Source of the DNA: the human T2T-CHM13v2.0 reference genome, Homo sapiens
Reading direction: 5' to 3' (one strand)
DNA: 64,000 nucleotides
NCBI RefSeq assembly: GCF_009914755.1
Contig: NC_060942.1
Shown: one piece after another, positions 27,431-42,839 of the stretch
Numbering within the stretch: position 1 is the stretch's first letter
Layout: the number at the start of each line of letters is the position of its first letter
Program-made: the position numbers and the translations under genes
The notes under the pieces: generated by a model
Seen by the model: only the letters and a program-made list of their open reading frames with translations
Database searches by the model: none
What the model was told of the DNA's origin: nothing

Positions 27431-29164
27431 AGCCTGGTGGCTGACAAACAGTAGAATAACTAATGTAGAGCAGATTATTATGCGTGTTTTCTATAGGAGC
27501 ACATATCCAACTCCTGGTGGTGCCAATAAGCAGCTTTATAATTAACATGTCCCACTCTTTAGATATTAGATGCCTGCTTACTACCTAATTGCTTTAGCTA
27601 GACTACTTTTTTTTTTTTTTTTTTTTTTTTACCTACATACACACAACGTAGAAAAATACATATCAGTGTCTGGCCAAATACTTTCTCTATGTGTAAACAA
27701 AAACCAAAACAAATGCAAATACAAAAACTTTTCTCTACAAGGCTTCACTGGACCCTATGCCTCCTACATTTTCTGACGCAAGAGACCACAGCCATTTCTC
27801 AACGGAGGAATCGTTTCTGAATATGCTGCAGGCGCCCTGGTTACAGTTCCAATTCGCCACTTTCTGGCTGCTGTGTTCTTTCCTTTGCCTAACAAGAGGC
27901 ATGGGTTAGCTCAAACACAGACTGTTAATGCTACCTGGCTCTCACTTTTCTGGTTCCTCGCAATTTGATTTCTATTAATGAGTCCCATCCTTCTCTTAAA
28001 TAGACCAGATCTTTTCTTACTGAATATTTTAAACATATTTTAAACACTGGTTTTAAAGACAATAACATACTAGTCCACACTGAAGATTTTTTTTTTCTAA
28101 TCCTTAGAGCTAAGACCAGTTGTCTGGTATCAGCTGTAGATGGTTATATCATGGGATGGAAGCAATGAAATTCTTACCTGCTAAATATCAGCATGGCCAC
28201 CAGCCAGCTGGATGACTATGGAAAAGGCTTTTAAGTTATTCGGGCCTCCATTTTCTCATCCTTGAGTGGGGATGTAAGATTCTACTGAGCAAGATGTTTA
28301 TGGGCTTGAGGCTCTAACTGGGCTTCCCTTTGCAAACCACTAATGGATTGAGGCACTCTCTCTCATTGCACCCAGATCGGGCATCAGCATCCTTCTACAC
28401 GTCATGATGAGAAAGATGCTGCCAACGGATGGAGGTGGGACATGACATGAAACTTATTTTCCAGCCCTGGACTGGATCCCTTCTCTCCCAACTCTAAAAA
28501 TGTCTTGATTCTTCTAACCCAGATGATTTTTTTTTCTAGCATATTATTCAACTTTTCAAGTCAACTAATTCTACTTATTGATATCTGCATGTGCCTGCAG
28601 GTAATCATGTTTACCATATATGACTAAATCTCAACAATCAATCAGACTGGAAATTTTGGAGAAATGATGTTTATTATGGTTCCAAAAGACATGTTGTTCT
28701 TTAAGTGATCAAATCATTGGGTGTGGTTACATGCTATACTATGAGTCAAGAACTGAGTATATTTTTTAAAAAAATGGATAGAGGTATTCTAAACTAATGA
28801 ATAATTACCTAATCAGAAAAGACTGATATTTTGGTCTTACAATTATTTATGAGTGGTTATTTCTGACTCAAAAGCATTCAGTTTGTATATACTATTCAGT
28901 ATGATATCATCCCCAAAATGTGATTTTACTTTCCTAGAGTAACAAACCAACGGTGGCTTGCCCTCTTCTTAAAATTTCCCCTGACAAATTGCATTTCTGT
29001 TTCTGATAGAGTAAATGGACATACTGAGTCCAACAATCAAGAAAGTTTTAAATGAAATGTCCTAAAAATGGCATATCTCCAAGCAACTTAAACAAGTTTC
29101 ATGACTTTTTACATTTTTTCTTTAATTAAAAAATTTTCTAAATTGATTCTTGAAATTGTTAGGT

Positions 29165-30740
29165 GTTAGGAGATGTTTGTCAAAAGAGAACTTAAAGAGA
29201 ATGAAAAGGGAAGCCAGAGACTGGCTGAAAATATTTGCAAAACACGTATCTGATAAAGAACTGGTACCCAAGATATACAAAGAACTCTTAAAACACAGTA
29301 AGAAAACAATCCAATTTAAAAATGGGCAAAATATCTGAACTTACACCTTACCAAAGATATACAGATAGCAAATAAGCGTATGAAAAGATGTTCCAAATCA
29401 AACATCATTAGAGAACTGCAAATTAAAACAACAGCGAGATACCTCCAAACGTATGTTATAATGGCTAAAATCCAGAACAATAAAAACACCAAGTGCTGGT
29501 GATGATGTGGAGCAACAGAAACTCTTATTCATTGCTGACAAGAATGCAAAATGGTAGAGCCACTCAAGACAGTTTGGCAGTTTCTTACAAAACTAAACCT
29601 ATTCTTGCAGTATTCAACAATCATGCTCCTTGGTATCTACCTAAATGAGTTGAAAACGTATGTCCACTCAAAAACTTGCACACAAATGTTTATAACAGTT
29701 TTATTCATAATTGCCAAAACTTGGAAGCAACCAAGAAGTTCTTCTTTATGTGAATGAAGACACAAACTGTGGTGCATCCAGATAACGGAATAATGTTCAT
29801 TGATAAAAGAAAAAATGAGCTATCAAGATATGAAAGAACCTTAAATGCATACTGCTAGGTGAAAGAAGTTCATCTGAAAAGGATGCATACTGTGTGATTC
29901 CAACGACATCAGTCTCCCATTGTCCATGGGATTTTACGTTCCAAGGCCCCTAATGGATGCCTAAAACCACAGATAGTAGTGAATGCTACATATTCTGTTT
30001 CTTCCTATACATATATACTTATGATAAAGTTTAATTTATAAAATAGGCACAGTAAGAGATTAACAATAAGTGATAGTAAGATAGAATAATTACAAAATAT
30101 ACTGTAATAAAAGTTATGTGAGTGTAGTCTCTATCTCTCCCTCAAAATATCTTATTGTACTGAACTCACCTGTTTTCAGACTGTGACTGTGGGTAAGTGA
30201 AACCGTGGAAAACAGAATGGGGAAGTGAGACTGCAGATAATGGGGGGGACTACTGTACATATCATCCTGGAAAAGGCAAAACTAAGGGAAAAAGGCAAAA
30301 CTAAAGGCAAAAAGACCAATGGTTGCTAAGGGTTTGGGGGTGGGGAGGGATGAATAGGCGGCTAACAGGGGATGTGGGGGACAGTGAAACAGTCCGTTAT
30401 CTGTATGATCATGAAATGGTGAACGCATGACATTATGTATTTGTCAAAACCCCCAGGATGAACAGCACAAAGAACAAACTGTAATGTAAACTATGGACCT
30501 TAGTCAACAATAATGTGTCAATATTGGCTCATCAGTTGTAACAAATGTGCCACACTAATGCAAAATGTTAAAAATAGGGGATCCTTCCTGTAAGAAATAG
30601 CAAAAAATAAAAATAGAGAAACTGGGGGGGGTGAGGGGAAGAGTGTGAGGGGGTATATAGGAACTCTGTGCTTTCTGCTCAAGTTTTTCTATAAACCTAA
30701 AACTGCTCCAAAAACATACATCTACTAACTAAAAAGAGAA
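29165..30740 (+). mobile_element. L1MC-type 3' region (ORF2 end and 3'UTR), interrupted by MER44
   Basis: ORF2-like peptides (KIFAKHVSDKELVPKIYKELL; KTCTQMFITVLFIIAKTWKQP) and L1MC-type 3'UTR motifs. Confidence 0.85.
29907..30255. mobile_element. MER44A-like (Tigger7 family) MITE nested in the L1MC
   Basis: Ends catcagtctccc...gggggactactg followed by TA. Internal tgataaagtttaatttataaa...ggcacagtaagagattaacaa. Confidence 0.85.
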
Positions 30741-31891
30741 AGACAAAAATACATTCTTAGTTTAAATTGTTAATAAAATAATTAATTAAAAAGGTTAGTA
30801 AAAAAAAAAGTTAACCTCCAAATGATTTTACTTTTATCATGAGTAAATACAAACTTAAAATTTTCATTGAATCGACATTTTAGAAAATTCAAAACTTAAC
30901 CTGATAATTCTCCACTTATCTTGGTTTTCCCCTTGAAATTAACTTGCCTAAGAAACTATGTCATTTGCCTGTGGAGTTCTTTCAGTGTAGATTCTCCTGT
31001 TTGCATCTTTATGGTGTAATTTACCAGCTCTCCCAGTCTCCTGAATCGCCCCTGAAGTGGGAGTTACATCTAGAAACTTCGTCAGGTTCCGGTTTGTTTT
31101 CCATAAATGATACTTCATTAGGAAGCACTACGTGACTGCCTGATTTTTTTTTTACATGTGTGACATTAGCAGTCACTGATGACCATTGCCCTGTATCATT
31201 CATTCCAGACTGCAAAATGGTGATATTCTAATCCGAATCATTCCTTCTTCATTTATTAACTGGAGCATGTTTATAAAGAGGTATTTCCTTTTGTCAAAAC
31301 TATTTGTTTACCCAGTGACACAGTTTAATTATGAAAATGAAGATAAATGCTTGTTTCTCTCCCTTTATCCATTTTCAAGATGATGAGTTGGCTCCCTAGC
31401 ATCACCCAAAGTCACCAATTAGATCTTTTGGCTTCATACTATCATGATGAGCTCACTGAGTTAAACAGTTCTGATGTGTTTCAATCCATCTCAGGCATTA
31501 CCCATAATGATGCTCTCAATGTCCCACATGTTCTGCTTTGCCTGTTAAGTCCTCTCATCCTTCAAGGGGTTTCCCCAGTGCCAACTCTCTGAAGCATTTC
31601 CTGTCTTCCCAGACAAATGTGATTTCTCTCTCCTTTGGACTTTGTGGCACTTTATGGCAGCACTTTCTATATTCTGCCTTACATCCCAGCTGTGTCTCTG
31701 GGCACTCACTTCATATCCCTGACCGTAAAGACATTTGCAATGGCATTGGGCCTCCTGCATGTCATCTTTCACAGGGCCTCTTTCTTTGTCAAATGCCATT
31801 GAGAGATTAAAACAGTAACTTGATGAAACTTTACAAAAGTATTTTTCTCACTAGCAAGCCGTAAGCAATGACACCGAAGCAATGTTTTAAA

Positions 31892-32370
<479 letters not shown>

Positions 32371-32536
32371 TAAATTAAAATATGTTTGCAACTTATAAAT
32401 TTTTAAATATGAGGACTCTAAAAATATTTTACTTTTTTGGGAGGAAGTATATAGCTTTTTCGGATTTCGTCTAGGCCAATATTCATAGTTGCATTACAGT
32501 AAAATTGGTTTACACAGACACAAGTGCCTAAAATCC

Positions 32537-32742
32537 TTTTTTTTTTTTTAGAGGCAGGGTCTCACTCTGTCACCCTGGAGTGCAGTGGTGCAATCACAGC
32601 TCACTGCAGCCTTGACCTCCTGGGCTCAAGCAATCCTCCCACCCCAGTCTCCCAGTTAGCATATAAGCATGTAGCATCATTTCCGGCAAATCTTATAAAA
32701 ATTCTTCTGTAGAGATGGGGTCTTTCTATGCTGCCCCAGGCT
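32537..32742 (-). mobile_element. 5'-truncated AluJ
   Basis: Right arm plus linker, short TSD taaaatc. Confidence 0.85.
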
Positions 32743-32940
32743 TAAAATCTGAAGACATTCATTCCAACACATTTTCTTGAAAAATAAAAGTTCTCAGGAA
32801 ATGATAAACTGGCCAAATGCTAAAATAAAATGACACAAATGAGAAAAACCACTAAACTCTCGAAAGAAACGCAAAAACACTAACTTCCATTTAAAGCTAT
32901 GAATACAATATAAGAAAACCAGAAATGTTTAAAAATTTGT

Positions 32941-32963
32941 TGTGTGTGTGTGTGTGTGTGTGT
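32941..32963. repeat. (TG)n microsatellite
   Basis: About 11 TG units. Confidence 0.95.
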
Positions 32964-35109
32964 TTTTAAAAAACGGAGACAGTTTCCCTTTGTATAGTTA
33001 AAATACACTTTTACTCAAGATCCTGTCACATTACTAAAGAATGACCCTTAGTAGGTTAATAAATGTCTTGATCTCCCCTTTTCTAATAGAGCAGGAGCAT
33101 TCACATCTTCCCTAGCAGGTGACTGGGGTGACTGACGGGTACAAACACCTGGCACTGAGGCCAGGGAGGACAGCTCTCCTTGGCACAGCTTTCTCCAAAA
33201 TGGGCATTGCCTCCATTCCTGAATCCCTATAAATCATCTCTTAGTCTGTGCCCAAGACAATGAGTGCAAAAGCAGGAAGGCACAAATTGCGCCAAGTCTC
33301 AGCACTGGACTACAATAAAATGTGTTTGGGTTTTTTTCTTCAGTCTTACAAAGCTATGAATCAGCCTGAGTGAAGCCCTCTTCTGGCACAGCTGAAATTA
33401 GAGAAATCTGTCAAGTCAAAAACTGTCTTTTAGCCTTGGAAGACAGGGTACAGTTATCTATCTGAAGCTGTACAATCATGAAGAGAATGAGGAGAGCAAG
33501 TTGTTTTGCATGAGAACTGGAGCTAAGCAGCAGTCCCTGCTGCTCAGGAAGGAATGGGGTTCCTGCATCAGAAGGTGTGTGCATTGGCAAGGCTCTTCAG
33601 GATGCATGCATGCATTTCTTTAGACAATAACGTTGAAAAATGAAAATAAAAAAGCCTCCTGCCTATGCTGGCTTAGGCTCAAACCCACTCATGTTAATAC
33701 ATGAAAATATGGAGAGCTACAATATTGAAAATTTCCAGCAAAACTGATGCTTCTGTATCCTTATTTGAGGGGCTGTCTACACCGTAAGTACTTCATTCTC
33801 TCCATCACCTATCTTCCTCAAATAGACCCCTGATTTTCTTTTGGAAGTTATATTTCTTCATGAGTATAGTATTTTGTGAACTCCTATTTCTGCTCCCTGA
33901 GGATGGAAAACTGCTTGTCCTTTTTACTGCCCTGGTACAGTGTCCTGAACACAGCAGGCATTCGATCTATGTGTCTAAGAAGTGCTACTGACAAGAATTT
34001 CAAGAAAGAATTTCTTCTCACATTATTTTGGACGAATCTAACAAAATGTCATCTTTTTCCCCCCATGCTTCCTGCCCTAATTGCATTTTTCCTCACTGAA
34101 TGCCTTTTCATTTTCCTCACATTTAAAGGTCACTTGAACTTGTCTTTATTTCTAAATGACTGCACTACCATTTACCTCAAGGATGGAGACTCTAAAGAGT
34201 TCGGCAAACTCTCTGGGCCACAGCTTGAGCCCAAATCAGACACCTGGACTCTGTGTAAGTCACCTTTCCTGGGCTTCCTTTTTTTCTAACGAATTCTTGA
34301 TAGAAAAATACTCTATAACATTGCCTTGAAATTTAAGCGGAGAGTGTGTTTTTTTTTTGTTTCCTTGTTTTTTTTTTTTTTTTTTAATCCATACTTGGAA
34401 AATGCCAAAGCGCCGTGGTCAAACCCAGGAACAAAAGATGATGGTGTCTGGTCTGGGACAACAGAGTCCATAAAGCCTTAGAAAGGGCTGGAGCTGGGAA
34501 GCCCTAAGAAGAAAGACAAGGCACCAGCTATCCTATGTGAATCTCCTGCCTTTTTGGGCTGTCTCAAGTGTACATGCAATGCCACGTTTAATAAGCATGG
34601 AAAGTCCATTATCCACATCACTACTGCCAGAATCCATTCTCAAGAGGCAGGACTTAATGGGATCTTTCAGCCTATGTACTAATCCCAAATGTGGTCCAGG
34701 CAGCATATTCATAGAGGGCTGACATGAGAGGCAGAGATCACATTTCTTCTCTCTAGATGGCACATATATTGTCAGTCCTTTCTTTAAATTCATGAGCAAT
34801 CAGCTCTTCAGAAAACCATGAGGGTAACTACTTTCAAACATTCATCAGTCAATCAATAATTGTTCTATCACATTCTCATTTAATCAAGTTAGCAATAATG
34901 ATCTGGAGCCTTCTGTTAAAATAGGAATATGAAACTACTTCCTGGTCTTGGTAAATTTATAAACAAAATAGTGAACATGTGTGTTTAATTTCCAGGTCTA
35001 AATTATCTAGAGATGAGAATTCATCTGGCATTATTTAAACACCTTTAAGTTGGATATTCCTACCCACTGAAAGTTTGTCTTCCCATTATTCAAGTGCAGT
35101 ATATTAGAC

Positions 35110-35320
35110 AGTCCCAAGGCTGGACTCTGGTTCTACAACTAATCAGCTCTGTAATGTTAGACAAGTTATTTAAACCTCTCTGAGCTTCATTGTTTTCATT
35201 ATAAAATGGAAATAATACTGGTACTTATGCAAAGGATTGTTGTATTAAGATAAAACACTGGAAAGCACATTGCCTAACTCATGGGAAGCATCAACAATAA
35301 ATGCGGGTGATTATTATTAG
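35110..35320 (+). mobile_element. MIR SINE
   Basis: gacaagttatttaaacctctctgagcttcattgttttcattataaaatggaaataata. Confidence 0.75.
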
Positions 35321-38300
35321 GCCTTTTTCATAAGGAGCCTGATAAATTTAAGGTTTCTAATGCTGAATTTGGAATAGAGACTGATGTACTATTAAAATCC
35401 TATTTATTCTACAATGAAATCATAGAAAACAAATCATACCATTACTCTTACGAAAAAAAAAAATCCCTTCTCTTTACATAGGTAAAACTGGGAAATTATT
35501 CAAAAATAGTATTGATATTAGTAAACTGAGTCTACATTCAATTTTTCTTTTCAAACACACACTCCCAGAACAGTTTTAAATACATATTGGGTATACTGGC
35601 ACATTTTGGTATTATGCATTGTAAGCCATATAGCAATGTCCAAACTAGATTGGGCTGTTCACATGCAGTAGAGTTGACCTATGTTTTGACTTAGATTCAG
35701 TGCGCAAACACTTCAAGTACATACATGACAAAAGTACCTCCCTACATATTAAGCCCATCTACCTTTCTTTAAAGGTGCTTTTTTTTTTTTAATTGGTTCC
35801 TGCCTTCATTTGTTGTAATTTCCGTCTCTACTTGAAACCAGACTTTTGCACTCAGAGATGTGCACTGTGGTAGATGATGGCTTTCCAGTGAAGCACGCTT
35901 CTTCTTGGCTAGCAGAAACATTGGGCTTGATTTTTTGCAAAGAGTTTCACATCACACATACGAGATGTTGGCAGCAAACTGTCAGACAACATTTCCTGCT
36001 GTGGATTCAGGTCACTAAGCCAACGCATGCAAAATGAACGCAGAAAAGGAAGTCTAAGAAGGAGGAATGTTTGAAACAGACACGTACTTAAACCTGAATC
36101 ACGTAAAATAATCATATTAGCTAATTCTGAATGACGTGAAACTTTGAGAATTTTCCTGTGAGAGGAAGTACTTAACTTCTTTTGTAAGAATTCTCAAAAA
36201 AACCCCTAAACAAACAAAACTTGAATTGTGATTTATAATTCATTTGGTCAAATGAAGAGCTATATGCAACTCAAATATAGACAATAAAAACACCACTTTC
36301 AATAATATGAATTTAATGAGTATGAATTTGTAGCACTGTCACTTTTCAATTCTGTAAGACACTGATAATCAAAAAACATGAGAATAATATTGTCATTGCT
36401 TTAAAAAACTATGTACTAAGTGAATCTGTGTCCTTTCCTGTCCATCAACTGTTTAAGCCTATATTAGTAGGGCAAGGCTGAGAATAAATAGAAAGAGAAA
36501 GAATATCAAGGTATTACATAAACCACCAGCATATTTAAAGATGTAATGATATATCATTTCACCAGTTAAATATGTGTTTAAATTAAAATGATCTTATAAT
36601 CTATGTAAGACCTGTAATGAAATGTAAATAAGTGGTTAAAAAAACAGGACATGCTCACACTGTAAATGATGCTTCATTCAGTCTTGTCTGCACTTGCGCA
36701 TATCATATTTTAGATGAGTATTTAAAGTCCAGTAGATAGGGGAAGAAAAAACCTTCTCAATCATTAAATATTTTGATTCTGTATACTTTTTGGTTTTTGT
36801 TTCTGATACATGTAATACCCTGTTTGAGCCACTGAGGGGTATAGTTGGGTCTACACATCAAAGGTCAGTATTGTTTTCTAACATTCCTCTATCAGGGCAT
36901 CCTGGCTTAATACTGCGTGAACCCACAATCCCAGAAAGCCAGTGCTAATCCTCTTTGCCCAGCCGTTCCCACTCCTGTGACAGGGGTAAGGAGGAAGCTG
37001 CTGAACCCTGCTAAGAAGATGGGAGGCCTGGTCTAATTCGAGAACCAGACACGGCAGGCCCTGTCTTCTGGGCTCAGCCCAGTGAGAAGCTGGAGCAGCA
37101 GGGAGGCGCGCTCACTGCAGCGATCCCGTGGCTCAGCAACCTGCAGGGAATGGTAGTCACTGCTCCTTCCCGAATCTCAGATGACTATTCCTTTAAGTTC
37201 TGTGGTTACAATCTGTAAAACATATGAGTAGCATTTGCAAATGGTAGTAAATAACAATCACATAAAAACTGAAACCATAAGGCAAACCGCACTCTCAACA
37301 TGGCTTCAAGATAGGTACAGCCTTTTCCTGTAAGCAACAACTCTACCGTTCTTTTATCTGTAGGAAAATCGCAAACATTCTATTCAAGCAAAAGTAAAAG
37401 ATTCCATACATGTTTAGACTGCACTGTTTTTTCTCTGCTTGTGATAAAGCAATTGTCTTTCCTGGAGCTTATCTGCCCTCGGGGCTGAACTTGAGTAAGG
37501 TTCAGGACTGAGGGGCTCGGGAAGCTCTGCTCCCCTGCTTTTTTGGAAGTCTTGCTGATCCTATAAACCAGCTCTCCTTGCTTTCATCTGGTGGAACAAG
37601 TGATCTCGGATGGCACAGTAGGCAGTGAAGTGAAAATTTAGGGAGGTCATCCCTGAGACTGTATCACTTATTTTAACTTCTGTTTTTACCATTGAAAAAG
37701 AAAAAAACACACACACACAGATCTCAGGGAGAAGAAAGCTATATGACAACATCACGGTTTAGCTATCAGATTCAGTAGTGAGAGATGCTTCTGGTACACA
37801 GACAGCAAAAGCCTAACTGTGGAAAGACCCTGCAGGGGCCTCCCAGGCTTGCCTGCCTCTGTGACTTCCCTGCTACCTCACCTCGCTCCCTGTGAGGCTC
37901 TCTCCTGCAAAGAGGAGACTGTACACACACCTCCACGCCCCGAAGCCTTCTACCCGTTCGTCCTTCTCTCCACCACTCAAGCACCCCTTCCTCAGGATTC
38001 CACCCCTGAACTGCAGGACTAGGTTACATCTCAGGGAAGCTGTTTTCATAGCTCCTGCGTTGCCACTGTCAGGGGGGCACTTTTATTTTTGTTTGTATTA
38101 GAATTTGAGTTGTGGTCGGGGTAGCCTACCTGTAAGCTATATCCACTCACCACTGTATTCTTACAGTGCCGGGCATCGAGCAGAAACATTTTTTTAAAAA
38201 TATCAAAGAAAATCAAGCTAAATAAATGCATCTGGGGTTCATTTCCTGCTTTAAGACTCTTGAACAACTGCTCTAATCTTTGAAATTTGTTCATGACCAA

Positions 38301-39308
38301 TTTGTTTATATTTCTCTACCATGCAGGTATAATCTTCTCTGGCTAGAACTACAGTGTTGAATTTTTACCCCCATTCTTGTAAAAAGAGAATACTTTATTC
38401 CCACAAATGAAAAACCTGTTTTTTAATGTTCCACCTCAAACATCATATAAAGGTTAACTTCCCGATAAACTTCTCAAATTTTCCCCAAGGAGTAAGTGGT
38501 CTTAAACTGTGGTTTTACTCTATTACTTTGATTTGATACACATTTTATCCTTCACAATATAGAAAAATACATGATGGATCATGGTTTCTAAGGAGAGGTC
38601 TTGGCTAAACTGTATTAGGCCACTCGAATCGCCCAGTTATCAACACACCTGGATCTGGACACCATCTGATTAGTGGGTGTGATCATCTGATGAATGCAGA
38701 CAGCAGTTCTGGGCATGGTATGGGGATGTGTCTTGGATTCCCTTCTTAAATTCAAACTCCTGGATAACTAGGAAAAATATTCTCTCGCCCTATCTAACTA
38801 TAGAAAAAAACACATGAATAACAGTTTGGAAGCATTAACTATTAAATATGTAATTGGTCTTGTACCTAAAAAGACTGTTCTAAAACTGAAATTGATATTT
38901 TTGTAGCAGTCACCATATTTAGCGGACTAACAGTTAATAATCCTATAAACGAAATGAACTAATTGACATAACTGGGCACGTATTTTGCTTTGAGGTTATC
39001 TTGAAGACTAGAGAAAAAATTACATTGCTCAAGCTTAAATGTCCTATGAGTGCTTTAAAATTTTCATGGGTTAAAATTATTGAAGTCATGCTCTATAAAG
39101 TACAGTTTTGGGATCTTGAGTATGCCTTTGTCTCTAAAATGGCCTAGATCCAAATTTTTGAGGTATATTTTAACCTCAGGCACTTCCATGAACCACATCC
39201 TTGCAGGAGGGTGATATTCTCTTTGTGAATATGTTCTAGTCAAGCCCTCACCTCTCAGGAGAAGATGCCCATCATCTCTAGTTCTGATATTTTAAAATAC
39301 AGCTCTGA

Positions 39309-39443
39309 GTTCAGGCATGGTAGAGCATGCCTTTAGTCCCAACGACTCAAGCGGCTGAGGAAAGAGGATTGCCTGGTCCCAGGAATTGGAGTACAGCCTG
39401 GGCAACAAAGTAAGACCCCATTTCGAAAAGAAACCAACGAATA
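39309..39443 (+). mobile_element. FLAM Alu monomer
   Basis: caggcatggtagagcatgcctttagtccc...cagcctgggcaacaaagtaagacccc. TSD ta(c/t)agctctga. Confidence 0.85.
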
Positions 39444-40054
39444 TATAGCTCTGAAATATTGCCTAGATATTGTAACCATCTGGATCCCATTCATTGGCTT
39501 CTAGTAGGAAGCCAATTAATTTGTGTATTGAGAGCCTAATGTCCATTGGTCTCTTTTTTTTTTTGAAGGCCTTATCAGATTTATTATGAATTATTAATTT
39601 TTGACTTTTGCTTTTTGTTTAAGTTTTCTAACTGAGTGTTGGGCATACCCATAACTTAACTATAACCTTGGTAGCTGTTTTAGATCTTTTTGAGGATAAA
39701 AAGAGAAAATAAATGTATTTTTAAATCTTTCATTAATTAAAATGAAAATTTCTGGTTATATAAAGGAAGTTCTTAATCTGTATCTACTGAATGAGAATGT
39801 TTTAAGCTGCAATCCTCTTACGGAAATAAATTCAGAAATTATATATTCCTGGGATATTCTGATTTCTCTTCTGCTAATAATATCAGTGTGTAACAGACAT
39901 ACTTATGCATTTGATTATACATGATGCACATATCAAATGAATGCAATCAAAATGTATCCTTTTTTTCTAAAATAAACTATTATCATAGAATCATAAGGAA
40001 GGAAAGACTGCAGACTATACAAAATTATCTCTAGAAGATGACTTTTAAATTTCT

Positions 40055-40350
40055 CTTTTATTTTTAAACTTTTATTTTAGAGTTGGGGCACATGTGCAGA
40101 TGTGTTATATTGGGATATTGCATGATGCTGAGGTTTGGGGTACAGTTGATCTTGTTGCCCAGGCAGTGAGCATAGTATCCAATAGGTCATTTTCAGTCCT
40201 TTCCCTGCTCCTCTCTCCCTCATTTTGGAGTTTCCAGTGTCTATTGTCCCTATTTTTGTGTCCATGTATGCCCAGTGTTTAGCTCCTACTTATAAATGAG
40301 ATTGTGCAGCATTTGGTTTTCTGTTCCTACATTAGTTTGCTGAGGATAAT
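40055..40350 (-). mobile_element. L1PA (old, L1PA13-16-like) 3' end
   Basis: catgtgcagatgtgttatattggg...tagctcctacttataaatgag...tttggttttctgttcc. Confidence 0.85.
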
Positions 40351-42839
40351 CACTGGCTGCTTTTCTCTGCTGACTGGATCAGTGGGTTCATGGCTGCTAC
40401 ACATGAGTGGCCTCTCATTTGGGTTCTCTCAGTAATGATCCTTCAGGGTGATGTCTGGGAAACAGCACACTGCAGGCACATCCCATCTTCTGTGATACTC
40501 CCACCATCTAAACTTGTTAGGGAAGGAACTAGGAAGTCCATTTTGGCCCCATGTCCATGCCATATTCTCCAGTTTTATCCATACCAAAACTCCTGTGTCT
40601 AAAAAATGTGATATATATATACACATAGATATGTATTTGTACGTGTGTGTATGTGGATGTGTTATGTGTACTAAACATCACAACAAGTTGCATCTCACAT
40701 ACATAATGAGGAGCATAATCTCAAACTGATGAATCATTACTTAATGGTTATTAAAGGTTTGCTTGAGAGGAAGAACAATCAGTGAGATGTTTCTGATGGC
40801 TGTTCATAGTCCACTCCTTGAATAAGCTATCAGAGAGCTGCAGTAGAGAGTTTAATCTTAAACTGGCCCTGGAATAAACTCACTTCTTTTCACCTACCAA
40901 GTTGTTTTTGTGGCATGGACACCGGGTTGAGGCTTCCTCCTCTGTGCCTGTTAGAGATCTCAGAACATGCATTTTGTGGATTAACCTCATGCTTGGCTTC
41001 CTACTCTCATTTTCTCTTGGTCCGCTTTCTACATATTTATTTTCTCTTTGTTATACTGGGTGCATTTATGTAAAACAGCCTAAGTCCTTGCTAGAACACG
41101 GTGGGGTTTAAATAATAGAAACCCCAAGTTAAAGTAAAATTCACTTTTGAAATATTACATTTCCAGTTCTGGTGGTGGTGTTTTATTTTTTTCCCCCCTA
41201 TCATGAGGAATTTGCAGTCATCATACTATTAAAGAAAGTTTTGTAAGTCGTGACGTCTGGGCAGTATTTTTTCTAAAGGAATAACTGGAGACATTAACTG
41301 GAGCATTTTGCTTGGGGTAATCATTTAAAACCATTCATGTGTTTTACAAGCTCAGTCTAATGGCATTTCCCTAAGGAATGTGGTGCCTCTTTAGTGACTT
41401 TATTTGCTGTCACCATGGCATTCCATAAAAAATAACAAGTCTCTGTATTCCTTCCAGTTTTCCAAACACCATAACAAGAACCAATTCCTTATGCTGCCTG
41501 TGCGTCTGCAAACCATCACTTATGTCTATAAGCAGCAGCAGGGAAAATGAGGTGCATTCCTAAGTGCAAATAGGACTTAGAATTTTCTCATGTGCTTATT
41601 AGAAAAGGACTCCAAATGTACATACATGTTAAACACAGCTGTCTGTCATGCTGAACAGATACATTCTTATACAACAAAGATATCTTGTTTATTGACAAGA
41701 AGAAACCTGCACCAATCAAAGCATTTCATGAATTAATATCTAATCTGGTCATTTTGATTTGCCTATGGTAGACTTATCCTTGACCTAGATTATAGGAAAC
41801 AGTCACTAGGCAATGCTAACAAAATAGGTCAGTCTTGCAAGAGAAGCAACAGGAAGATCCTAAATTCTATTTATACAGAAAGAAAATATCCACAATAGCA
41901 ATCTGACAAGGGAAATCATGACAGCAAGTTCTAGGAAGCTAACTTTATTGATGGAAATGTTATTTGTTCCAACAAAAAACTCCCACAACTGGAAGTCTGT
42001 GACCCCTTACAGAACAAATAAATAAAAAGCTTAAGGTGCATTGGCTGGTCGATAACAAGCCACAAAATGGAAGAGAAAAAAAGAATCCTTTGCCTCTCTG
42101 CTGTGCAGAGAGGGAGTGAGACCAATAGTTCAGCACCAGATGCCTCCTGCCAGGGCCAGAAGGTAAGAGCAGGGTATTATTACAGCCCCAAACTAGAAAA
42201 ATGCTGGAGGCTACACTTAAAGGGTTTATTTTTTTCTAATTTCAGATAAACATTTAAGAGAACTTTCTGAATCACACCACTCTTCACATTTTTTAATAAT
42301 GGTACCTTAAAAATCACAATTATGCAGTATGCTGATGTAAAGCTACTTCTAATATTCATCTTAAGTTGTTCAAAGGAGAATCAGACATCAGTCGGTCCTC
42401 ATAAACATGTAATGTTATGGTTCTTACCACTTTGTACAGCTGAAATTCTAATGTATGAAAGACAGCAAAAAGCCAAATTAAATAAATAAAAGGAGAACTG
42501 GCAATGAACTGAAAGAAGGCACAAGAATCAATCAAAGAGCATGACAACACTCAATTATTTCTCCACAATGGTACCTTATGCAACCTTCCACTTCCTGTTT
42601 TCTAGTCCTTGCATGGCACTTAGAAAATTATATCAGGATGCTTTTCTACGCACTCTCTGTTTTTGAACTGTTTGATGGACCCTCATACGGTCACAATCAC
42701 TACTGCAATTTCCCCAAAGGATCAGGTACTCCCAGCTCATAAGCTGGAACAGGGCAAAAATGGAAAACAGGTTCGGTGTGGGGAAGAACCCGAGGGTGGG
42801 GGATTTGTCAAAGCTGTCCCCACTCCCTACTTCAAAGGT

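Noticed and set aside
28170-28200. Possible recursive splice site (ttagcAG|GTaaga on the gene strand) in the 33-kb intron
   Set aside because: No real polypyrimidine tract upstream, so it is only an isolated donor-like motif.
33602-33615. Palindromic (ATGC)n run containing overlapping TGCATG motifs
   Set aside because: More than 8 kb from any exon and explainable as a short microsatellite.
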